64,000 nucleotides of DNA, taken from the NCBI GenBank assembly GCA_963702895.1, contig OY969767.1, positions 736,001 to 800,000 of the forward strand, read 5' to 3'. This DNA is from an uncultured Elusimicrobia bacterium. GTDB taxonomy: Bacteria; Elusimicrobiota; Elusimicrobia; 2-01-FULL-59-12. Under the pieces are notes generated by a model. The model was not told the DNA's origin. It searched no databases and saw only the letters and a list, made by a program, of their open reading frames with translations. The position numbers were made by a program, and so were the translations under genes. Of the stretch, positions 35,001-47,000 are shown one piece after another (positions within the stretch are counted from its first letter, which is position 1; each line of letters starts with the position of its first letter).

Positions 35001-38000
35001 GCTGCGCAGGTTCCTGGCCGAGACTGGCGGCAGGCCGCGTTCGATCAGCTTTTCCCCTATCTGCCCGTGGAAACGCAGAGCTACGTCTTCAAGGTGACGG
35101 ACCTGGAAGCGGGTTCGCCGGCGCCCGTGGGAACAGCAAACCTTGTCAACGGGTCGATCGTTTATGATGTGGAAAACCGACGGATCAATTCCGGCAGTGA
35201 CCTGGTCGGAATCAGCAACGCCCGCTTCACCAGCGGGATCCACCTCGAACACGCCACCGGCCGCCATACCAGCACTCAGATCCAGCGCGCCACCGGACGG
35301 GTGGTCGTCACCACGATGCTTGATCCTCGGACGCAGACGTCGGAATCGACTTTCTGGTACGACCATGCCCGCCAAATAGAGGCCAGCCGGAGAGTCCAGC
35401 GGCTGAACATCTTTGACCGGCCGGAATCCACTCAGGCGAGCATCAGCCTGAACGGGACAAGACAATTTCGGACCGTCTCCAACCTCACCTACAACCGGCG
35501 GATTCCCACGGCGGTCGGAATGGCGCTGACGCTTCCTGCCGATCCCGTCACCGGAGAGCCGGTGTCGCTGCGGGACCTGGCGCAGCGCGACCCAGCCCAC
35601 TTAAAGAGCAGCCTTCTGCCGCAGCTCACGCGGGACACTGTGAGCGTGATGTCCGGCGGTCTCACCTCAGTTGACCGCGTGAACCTCGTGACCGGCCAAG
35701 CGGCTAACGAAACCCGTCTCTATGGCGACTGGCTCATGGATCGCACCGACCCCGAAGCGTGGGAACAGGAAATCACCTCTTACGATATGGACCGTGGCTT
35801 TAGCTATCCCGTTTTTACAGTGAACGGTCTGGGTGAATTGATCAAACGCTACACCGTCCGGGAAATAACGCTGGATGGCCGGATTGTGCTGGAGGTCACG
35901 GCGCACAAACTGGAGCCGCAGCTCAAGCAGGGACCGAAAGGCCAGTTAACTCCCGAGGAGGCACGGCGGCCGGCGATCGATACGGTGTTTGCCTTTTTGG
36001 AACCTACCGGGCTGGACCGGGCGTCCGAGGCCTTCAACTTCCATGAGGCGAGAGAGCTGAATGCGCGTGGCGATGAAACAGAAAGTACCAAACGACGAAC
36101 CCGGTTCAAACACAAAGATCCCGTTACCGGGGAGACCCAAGAGACGCCGTGGTTTGAATCGTCCTCTTTCCCCCGCAAGCGCGGAGAGATTTCCGGTCAT
36201 GTCGAAGTCGAAACGGTCGAGAACGGTTCCGAACTCCAGGTGACCCTGCGGACGGGCAATCGGATCAGCACGGCCGGGGAGCGCTATGTGGACGCCCAGC
36301 ATTTCCAGATCGTCGTCGAGAGGGATGGCGCCGTGCAGCTGCAGCCGACGGGAGGCTTGATCCCGGAGGCTGTCCTGGAGAGTGAGGTAACCATCCAAGT
36401 GGATGGTCGAATGGTTTTGGTCGACACTCTGCGCGCTCTGGTCAACCGGAATCTTAGAATTAGCGCGCCAAAATATCGGGGAGGCACCGAAGCTCTCGGT
36501 TCGGCGGTGGTGGTGCGTCTGACGGGTGCCGCGGGCACGTTCTTGCCCGACGATGTCGCCGACCGCCAACGCATTTTGACCCAGACCCAGGATCTAGTTT
36601 TCGATACCACTTTTCGCCGGGAGTTTGATCTGCGGGGACGGATCACCAAAAGGGAAATCGCCATCCCCAGTGCCGAGCCGCAGGAAACCACCCGGGACGG
36701 TCTGGTCAGCGTGCAGCAGCGGCCCGAAGGCAGCAACTGGTACACCACCGAGTTCGATTACGGCGCCCGGAAGGACAGTCTTTATGAACAGATGGCCATG
36801 CGCGTGAATGATCAAGTCATCGACCGGGCCTCCTTGAATCGCGATGCCCAAGGTGGGGCTCGCGTGACTCGGGCGGGCGATTTGAACCTTCCCGCGGAGG
36901 TCATGCAGGCGCTGCACTGGACACAGAATTCCCGGCTGGTTTCCTATCGCCACGTGGTGCCGGACCGACAGAATCCGAATGAACCTTCGGTGGCCCGCTA
37001 TTTTGATGAGTATGTTCTTCCGAACTCTGGGTACGGCACGATCATGGTGGAAATCACCCCCGCCGGCACGCAGGGCCGTCACTGGACCCTCGTGCGGACT
37101 TTCCCGGGCACCGACATCTGGTTCCGGTCGACGCTCTATTACCGCAATAATCAAGGCCAACTGGAATGGATCAAGCGCGCCGAATTAAATGTGGACAACC
37201 GCGGTGTGCCCGGCGTCGCTCCCGAACTGCTGGTGGAGCGCGTGACGGATCCTTTGCTCCGCCAGGGCCTGGAGCGGTTTATCGACACCACCATTACCAC
37301 CCGATGGGGCCATACCTATCACGAAATCACGGTGCCCTATCATCCGGTGGGACGCCTGGCCTACAGCTTCCTGGACGGGAACTGGGCCATCAACACCGAG
37401 AATTCCCGCGGGGATTTCCTCGGTGTGGTCAGCCGCGTCAATCCGACGGACGGACGCGCCTACCAGGTGACCCAGACCGAACCGCTCATTCCCACGGGAA
37501 CGGGCTCGCCGGTCCTTTCGGCCCCGATTGGATTTGACCGGGACGGGCATAAAATCTATCTCACGCATGCTGTCGCTAAATCGTTCGGGTGGCGTCAGGG
37601 CGACCTGAGAAGCGCCGCCGGATACTTTCTTAACCCGAACCAAAGATGGTATGTGATGCAGCGCGATCAGGATGTCCTCAATCGGATCGACAAAGAAATC
37701 CGTGGTGATTACACGCTGGTCAATATCTACCTGGATTACCCTTCTGATCAACACCCGCACAATCTGTCGATCGATCGGCTTGATCCCGTGGCCCGGCGAC
37801 GAGCCGAGGCCGCGGGCATCAAACATTCCGCCGTGCCGTTCATGACTCTAATTTTCGACAACCGCGGGAAATCCCCCGAGGATGTCCTCAGGATGACGAC
37901 CGCCGAATTCTTGTCGTCGAACGGCGTCGACAACTTCTTGCGCCGGCAAGGCATCCAGGCAAAAGGTTTGGAGGGAATCAAAGAGTGGGCGGCCCGGCCC

Positions 38001-41000
38001 GCGACATCGATTGATGATTTAGGGACCATGCCGGGGGTGATGGTAGCCAAACGCTGGGCTGGCAATACCAACCTCCTGGTTGATCACGTCAGCGGCCTCC
38101 CCATGAGCATGCTGAATCGCTTCGAAGGGACTGAAGTCGCCAGCCGCTTTGCACGGCGTTTGACTGGCAAGGATCTAAGAACGGTCGTTTCGGAACTGGC
38201 AGGGACTTTGGATCCAGCCAAGCAGCAAATAGCACTGACGCAGATCAAAGGATTAAAAGATGACGCCATTGCGCCGGATGTGTTGACGCGCGCATTGCGC
38301 CTTCTGGATCCGAAGCTGGCTCGCCGCCTCGATGAGTTAACGAAGCCGCCAAGCCGGCAGGAAACAACGAAGGTGAACATTTACGAATCGCGCGACGACA
38401 AGGAAAAATCGCTGCGCTTTGAAGCGTTCCGTGCCAGCGGCCAGTCTCTGTGGAGCGTTTATGAAGGATCATCGGACAGTCCTGGTCACAAGCGGTTGTT
38501 TTTTGACGAGTACGGGGAACCGGTGGCTGACGAAGTGATCAGCACCATCGAACTGGGAAACATTCTTGCCGAACGGCTGGCCCCCTACCCATTCAATATC
38601 TACGACATCGTCTATGAACCCCTGGAGGGCGGAGGAATCAATCCGAACATCGCGATGGTCTACGCCTACGATGTGCGGCCGACGGCGGGGAATCTTCTGC
38701 AGCGTTACCTGCTGGGCCCGGTCAACGGGATTCCCTGGCAGCGCTGGGAATACGGCCGGCTCACGGAGGTGGTGCACAACTTCTGGATTACGGAAACCAA
38801 GTCGGGAGCACCCGGCCCTCAAGGCATTGTGGGACAGATTCTGGCGCCACAAAACAGAGGTCTCTGGGATCGTGTGCGAAGGAGTCCAACGGGTCAGATC
38901 ATAGGGCGAACGTATGACAGTTTCGCTGACTTCGTCCAGAGAAACTTCGATCTCATCAAGAAGGCGCTGCCCAACGAGAATGCTGTGCAAAATCCGCCGA
39001 AGACGCCGTCCGCGCAGGTTCCGCAAACGCCTCCTGCGCCGGCGTCACCCGTTAGAACGCCGGTCCAAGTTGCGCCGCCGCAGGGGACCCCACCGCCAGG
39101 CCGTGGCGGAGAGGCTCAAAATCAGACCGCGACGCCGAACCCGGAGACCACGGGGAGCCGAACTAAAACCGCTGCGCGCATCTTGACCGTTGCGCTGGCG
39201 GTGTTGCTGGGCGGGGCTCAGACGCTCTTAGCCCAAACGGTCGTTCCCGCTGCCACCGGATTACCGGAAAAGCTTTCCATGCCTTCCCATCTGCTGCACA
39301 TGCCCAACGTAGCGTTGGACTCCAACGCCATGTTAACGGCGGCGTGCGCCATCCTGGTAGGAGCCTGGGCGCTCAACCGCATTCGCAGACGTATCGGCCA
39401 GATCCGGGCGATTCCGTCGCGTCCCGACTTGAACGTCGCTCCCGAACGCCTGACGGTGAACGAACTCCTGGCCTCTCCGGACCCGCAGACCTTCCGGGCG
39501 AACCTGTCCCGGGCGTTTCCTGAAGTCAATCGAGGGCTGCAGCAATTGATGGACCAAAACCTGCTCACTCCCGAGAAATTGCGCACCGTGATAGCAGACC
39601 AGGCGAGGACAATGGGGGAAGGAGATCTGCGAGGGCTCCTGAACGAACGGTACCTGGGATTGGAAGTCCTGCAAAAGGTCATCGATGATATCTATAGGCC
39701 GATGATCAACGGTTACTTCAATGAATATGGTTTGACCGAGAACGAAGAGGATTGGGCCCGTCTGGGCATCCTCAAGACCGACCCTGTTGTGCGCAACCGC
39801 CCCCTCGACATCCGCGACGACATCACGCGGAAAATGCTCGACCGGATCCGGGAAGGGCTGCTGGTGGATCCCCGCGACCCGCGCGAGAACCCCGTCGCGG
39901 TTCAAAGAGACGATGGGTATCCGGGTGATGACGGACTCACGGTGCGCGTGCGGCGGTCGGTCCAGGAAGAGGCCTCCGGTTGGGTGGATTACAGCCTGCG
40001 CCGCTTCCACCGCGAGCAGCTGTTCGGCTTTCTAGTCGGCGGCCACCAGCTTCAGCAGGGTTTCCTGGAACATACTCTCTTGGACGCCGATCTATTCGAG
40101 CAGCGCCTGCGCGATGAGGGTCGCGCGGGTCAAGGCCGGACCCCTCCGACGGGCTGGTTGAGCGAGATCCTGACACGGACCCGGGACAAGGCCTGGCGGG
40201 AAATGTTTGTTTTGACCGTGGAGCTGAACGAACAGCTCAGCGCCAGGATCCGCAAAGGATTCGGCATGAACGACCGGACCCTTCAGCGCATCGACGGCCC
40301 CCAGGAGCAAATCTGGCGCCTGCTGCTGGAGGAAGAATATTGGAACTACCTCTTCGACTATGTAGGGTTTAATGATCCGTACGAGGTTTTGGGCGTCACC
40401 AAAGCGCACTTGGAAAGCCTTGTGGTGGATCGCGCGGGCACGACGTTGGGAGATCTCTTGTCTCGCCGCGGGTACAACCGGGAAATTGACCCCGCAAACA
40501 TCCGAGACGGGCAAACCACGTGGACAAACCTGGCACCGTCCGCCGTCCCGTCCGCGGCGCTCCTGCGGCGACTTATGCAGGGCCTCTCGCCATCTCAGCG
40601 CACTGTATTGGTCCAGGAGATCGTGGACACCAAATTTATCCCCTTCTTGATTGCTCATTGGAAGGGAGGGCTCAATGTGAAGGAAGTGCGCGCCATCGCC
40701 GCGGAGATGAATTTGGAGCCGGCCATCATGGCGCAAGTGAACGATATTTTGCGGCGGCATCTGGACACCCTGCGCGGACAGGGAATTGATGTAGACCGCT
40801 ATGGGGATTACCAGATGGTGCCCGAAGACGCCATCCGGACGGCCATGGAAGCCGGCGTGCAGCGTGAAGTGGTGGAACCCGGCGCCGGTCCCCTGGGAGA
40901 TATCAAGCGTCTCCATTCTTCTCTGAGAAGGGGACTGCAGCCTCAGCTCAAGAGCGAAGTCGAGCAGGCTGTCCGAATGAAGCTTCTTCCCCAATTCGAG

Positions 41001-44000
41001 ACCTTCCCTCGGCGTTACTTCAATCCCGTGAGGCTGCCGTTGTTCTGGAAGTCCGGAGTGCGGTGGGCCCTTACGGCCGGGGCCTCGATCTTCTTTTCCT
41101 TGTGGTCGGTGGGACAACCGTTCCTGGGAATCGCCAGCCCTTTTGGGCGCCTGTTCAGCGATGTTCTGGGCGTGGTCGCGGTACGGCACGCCCGCTGGCT
41201 GCTCGTTCCTCTGTTTGATTCTGGCAGCGGTTGGACCATTGGATCACTTCTCATCATTGGCTTGGTGGCGATGCCTCTCGCCTGCGCGGTGTCCTACTTA
41301 TTGTGGAGGCTGGTGTTGCGCTTCGAAGCGCCGATCAACCGGGGAGTCGCCGGTTGGGTGGCGCGGCACGGCCGGGGTCGTCCCGGCCTGATCAATGAAA
41401 TGCTGGAACAGCACATTGACCCGCGGTTCCGCTGGGCCGGTGAGGGTCTCTCAACAGAGGAATGGAACAAACTCTCGCCGGAATCCCAGGAGTGGATCAG
41501 GCAGAGCATCCGAGGCCTGAGGTTCTGGATTGGAAGACTTCTGCCGGCTTTCGCGATCACCATGCTCACGCTGATGAGCATTTACGCGGTACCGGCCGTC
41601 GAAGCGCAGACCGGATTGGGCCCGGTCCTGTTCAACATCTTTGCGATGGGCGGGATGTATGTGCTTTGGGCTTTGTTCACGTATGTGCTGGTGCGCGCTT
41701 TCGGCATGATGGGACAAGCTTTTGTCGCTGCCCGCAGCCACCGCGAGGTGGGCCGGTTCACGGTGCCGACGCGCTGGGAATTGCAGCAATCCTTGAATCT
41801 GTTCCGCAGCCGGGCCGGGATTACGACACCGCAGCCGGCCTCCTTCTGGCGGAACCTGGCGCGTCCGCTGACCCTCGCGGTAATCGTCCTGGGTCTGCTG
41901 GGGATGTTGGCGGCGCTGTTCGGATTCCCGGGGACCGATTGGCTGAACACGGTCCTTTGGCAATGGATTTCCCAGGCCGCGACGTTCCAGGGACAACCGC
42001 TTGCGACAGCGGGATTCGGCCAGCTTCCGGACATCACCGTAACCGTACGCGGGCTGCTGGCTTCCGCCAGCGGGCTGGTGGCGGCCATGGGTGCCGTGTA
42101 TGCGTGGGCGAGACACCGGGAAATGTCCAAACGCTTCGGTTTCTACAACTACCAACTGGCCGGGATGTCGGAAGAGCGCACCCGGGCGCGCTCGATCAAG
42201 CTTTACGCGCGGGTGGTGGACAAGCTCCTCGAGAAATCGCGCATCAGCGCGGAGCAGCACCGGATGCTTCGTCAATACGTTGTCCCGCGGGGTCTGACCG
42301 AAGAAGCGGAGGAAGAATTGAAGTTCTTCATGAACACCTTCTTTACCAAGCGTGATGGCAAAGAAGGTGTTCCCGAAGCCGCACTCCCCTGGGAAGCCGC
42401 GCCGCATCTGGTGGACCAGCTGCAAAGCTACACGGAAATTGTGAGTCCCACGATCGCTGGTCTGACGGCGCTGGTTGGCTACAACGCGGGCGCTCCGCTT
42501 GATCCGCAGAAAAATCCAGCTCCGGGGGCGCGTGCCTATGCGCAGGAAATCCAGAATTTCGCCATCAAGATTTACCCGGCGGACTGGCGCCATTTTGTGG
42601 ACCGAATGCGCCAGATCAAAGGGCGGTGGCTGGAAGACGTGCAAAGGCAGCATGGAGTGGGCAGCCCCGAGGCTTTGGAAGCGGAGCGGAAAATTGACGC
42701 CGACATCGCGGCCCTGGCCAGCCTCGATGAGAACACCGTTTTAATGGTGCTCAATGACCCTGCCCACCTCACCCCCGATGAGGAGAAACTCCAGAGGGCC
42801 TTCGCCCTGGCGGGGTATCCCCATGTGGCGTTGATGCATGCGGGCAACGCGCCTCTGATAGAGGAAATAATTCTCTGGACCACCCCCAAAATGGCGGTGG
42901 TGCGGCGCGCGGTGGAATCGGCGATGCTGACTCGTCAGGTCATGCGGGAATGGGCCGAAGAGGAGCTGGCCGACACGCCGGAAGCCGTGGCTTTGCGCAG
43001 CCGATTTGGCCCCGATTTGGATATCGAAGGCCGTGAAAATCCGGAGCGGGCAGCGCTGCGCAGAAAACTTCGAATTTGGGTGGATGCTATGACCGACCAG
43101 GGACGAAAAGCCAAACTCCTGGATGAATTGAACCGCACGGGATGGATGACGCTCACGTGGCTGACCGATACCGAATTTAATTCCCTTCTGGCGATGCGAG
43201 ATCCCCAAGCGCCTGGACGGCCGCTGTTGAGCAACGATGAAGATCGCTATCTCCGGCTCGATCGAACCATAAACCAAGTTCTGGAAGAGCGCTACCAGAT
43301 GAATTACAACGCCGGCCGCGTCGACCGAGATTGGTTAAGAGAAACCGCGCAACGGCCGGATTACCAAAGGACCGTCCAATACAATGGCTTGTCCGAAGGC
43401 GGCTTGACCCAGAATTACACCTGGGATCAGCTCAATGATTACCATTTTGAGCATCCGGACCGGATTGATGGGTTGACGCTCTTGGAAAGCCTGATGGCGG
43501 CTTACCCAGGAGAATGGGTACGGTTTGTGGATTGGTTGAGGGACCGTTCGCCCAATGCGGATGTGAGAAGAGAGGTCGGTGAAAAACGCGACACGTTGGC
43601 GCATGGAGATCTCGACGGCATTTCCCAGGCGCTTCGCGATCAATTCACGCTCTGGGCAAATGTGCATCCCGGGTTTCATATTTCCACCGATTATATGGGC
43701 AATGATCCCACGGATTGGGCGCGTTTGATGGGGACGGGGATGCTCCGGTTCAATGAAAGCCTGGCTCCGTATAAAGCGTCCTTGTGGACAACGACCGCAC
43801 GCTACCTTACCTCGGCCGTCTTCTACAACGACGCCACGCAGCACCGGGAATTTGACCGTACACTGCTCATCCCCAATGTGATGTCGGAATGGAACAAACC
43901 TCAGTACGGATTCATGTTGATGCCGATGGACGTTGCAGCGCGGGATCTGACGCCCGTCAAAGCCAGTCAGTCTATTGGCGAGAGGACTTGGACGTTCATG

Positions 44001-47000
44001 GTCCAGTTGGGTATGGCCCTGCGCGGGATGGTGCTCTTCTACGGTCGCGGCGGCGGCGGAAAGGTGGACCTTCTGGTGCGTTCCCGCCGGCCGATGCATT
44101 CCACAAGCCGAACACCTGCCTTGCCGGCAGCGTCCTTACCCACCACTACTCCTTCGAGCGCGCCTTCGATCGCAAAGGTCATTGTCGCGCTCGTGCTCGT
44201 CGGCTATACAGTCGCCGTCTTATCTGGATTTGTTGGACCCCCGAACTTCACAGTCACTCTTCTAATACCCATGGTCGCTGTTTCATTGTTTGGCCGGTCT
44301 TCACGATCAGCCGCTATTAGAAAGCAAGATCCTCTGCGAACCCCCGCTTCCCATACCGTCAAATACCTCTGGAATCTGCGCTCCTCCTTCCTGCCGTTCA
44401 GTCTCATTGCCGAAGACGCCTACGCGGCGATGATGCAGATCGTCGAAGGGTCCTGGGTTTTCTATACGCAAGCGATCTCTTTCTTCGGGGACAAGCCGCC
44501 GACCGTCGGAGCGGCCATGAACCCGGAAATGAAATACGTCGCGGACATGGGGGAACTGGTGAACCGCCTGGCGGCCAAACGGATGGCCTACAGCCCCACC
44601 GTGCCGCTCAATGTGAAGCAGGTTCAGCAGTTCACCCCCGGCGCTTTCTACGGGATAAAGCTCGCGGTGCTGGCCTTGAATGTGGCGTTTAATGTCTTGG
44701 CCATCCTTCTGCCGCTCGACCCGGCCCATTCCTTCCCCGTCCCCTGGTTATTCGTGGGCCAGGGAGGCTACTTGTCGCAGGCGATCAATATCGCGACCGT
44801 CCTCCTGTTGAACTTCAAGCTCGGCGCGCCTCTCGGCCTTTTGACCTTCCTGGGAGGCGTGGCCATCAATCCGGGATATTTCTGGATGTTCACTCTGCTG
44901 ATCCCGCTCTATGTGTGGTCCCAAAGCGCTTGGGGTATGACCGGGCTGTTTGATTTCCGGATGACGGCACGGGTGCCCCCGAACGCGCCTATCGGAATCC
45001 GTGATATGTACCGACTGCATCATTTGGGGATCATGCTGGCCGCGCCGCTGCTTCTGCTGATGCACAATTTCGCGGCCTACCATCCGATCGTTTTCTGGGT
45101 GACCGGTCTGCAATACGTGCTGATGCTGGTCGGCTGGATCATCGCGCCGCAGATATTGAACCCGCGAGAAGAGCGCGTGCAGAGCGTCCGGAACCGCCTG
45201 GTGCCCGTCGCGGTGATGACGGTCGTGGGCGTGTACGCGGGTCTCTTGCTGGGGTACAGCGGGGCCCTTTACCTCGCGCTGGGCTGGGCCGCTATGAAGT
45301 TGATCTTCTACAGAGACACTCTCAAGCAGGTCCGGGGCCACACCTCCGACGTGGATTCCCTCGCCATTATTGCTTTGTCGATCGCTTCCTACGGTAATCC
45401 CGTCCTGTTCCTGCTGCCGCTGGCCTGGGTGCTGATGGAGAGAAACCGCCGGCACTGGTTGATCGAACATCCCCGCACCGCCGCACGAATGGTGTGGAAT
45501 TTCATCCTCCGTCGTGGGGCCTGGGATGGGAGAGTCTTCAACGGATATCTCCCCAATTCCCTGCGGATGGCGGGGTGGGGTTTGGCTGACGTCGCGATGT
45601 TTATATTCGGGGGTCAGGAAATCACCCTCGACGGTGTGCGCGCGGTACGCCTGATTTCCTTTGGACCTCAGTGGTTGCAGGATATGACAGTAGTAAGGCC
45701 GATTGATCCGAATCCGGATTACCTGCGCTGGAACTGGAATCCGATGGTGGCGGCCCGCGGCCGGTTCCGCGGCATGGGATTGCTGCTGTTCGCGTCAAGC
45801 TTCCTGGTCTGGTTTGGTGCCAGCATGGAATTGGTCTTGTCGGCATTCTTGGTGTACGCGGCGCTGCGCTTTGGAATGTTTGTTTACCGAATCCGGCTCA
45901 CCCGGGAGCTTCGCGGGATCGTCGATGATTGGTACGCGCAGCGAAGAATTCGGGGCTACGCCACGCTCACCGCACAAGAGATTCACGATGAGATCGCCAG
46001 GGACCCGCGGTTGGGACCGCGCCTGAGGCGCATCGAACCCTTAAGAGGCGCGGCCCGGTCGCGAACGCAGCGGCTGATTGACGACGCCCTGCAGTTCGAC
46101 CGCTCCACCACCTTGTGCGCCATCTTCGACGAACGCTTCGCCTATTCCCTGGAGACCCTGACCCACGAACTGAAGATGGTCCGGGAAAGCTCCACCCTTT
46201 ACAAGATCCTGCCCACGATGTCTGTGGCCAGCCAGCACTACCAAAGCGTCACACCTCCCGCGCCGGTCCCGCCCGCCGTCAATCAAGGCCGACGTCGCTT
46301 CCTCAAACTCACCGGCGCGGCGGCGGCCGCTGTGGCGACCGCGGGAGCCTATAAGGCCCTGAATTCACTTTCTGAATGGGGGGCTGGGAAAGTGAAGGAG
46401 ATAAAACCCGGCGTGGAAAACTGGGCTTTCCCTGGCATGTCCGTTGCGCCGGAGGCATTATTTACGTCGGCGCCAAATGCGGCAAAAAGTGTGGTCATGA
46501 CCGAAGACCGGCAAAGCGGTCCGCAATGGATGGTTGATGGCAGGCGCATTTTGATGCGTCAGGGGGTGGCGTATCAACCGGTGGAACCCGATGAGCGTTA
46601 CTATGAAAACTATGTTTCTCCGAACCGGCTCGATGTGCTCTATGCCAAACTCCTGCCCAAGGAAGAGATCGCGGAGTTGGTGAGGACCAACCCCTACTTC
46701 AACGGGTTCGAGGGGCAGGGACGAAACGATGTGCAGGACCTTGCTCAGATAGGCATCACCGCCATCCGTATTTATCAAATGCCCATCCCCGAAGATGACG
46801 ATATGGCTAAATGGTCCCTGCAGGAACGGTTTGAAGTGCTCCGTTTCAAAGAAATCATGCGCCGGGTGGCGGCCCGCGGGATCCATGTGTATGTGAGCGA
46901 AGATTTGGGCGTCACCCGCCGGTCCCCGAAGGCCGCCGACGAGGCCTGGATCCAGGCGCGCGTGGAAAAGTTGGGGCGGATTTACGGCGACGAACCATGG

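Larger units (their letters stand above)
31500..38800 (+). other. RHS/YD-like beta-repeat region (ORF2)
   Basis: Recurring YDxxGR-like motifs: YDQDGR, YNARGNL, RDSLGRLL, TDASGRVV, FDLRGRI, FDEYGEP. Confidence 0.6.

Noticed and set aside
42180..45170. Eukaryotic contamination as the source of the GT48-like region
   Set aside because: It is intron-free and in frame with LysM, SLT and Tat features, among typically bacterial genes. A chimeric assembly cannot be excluded without reads.
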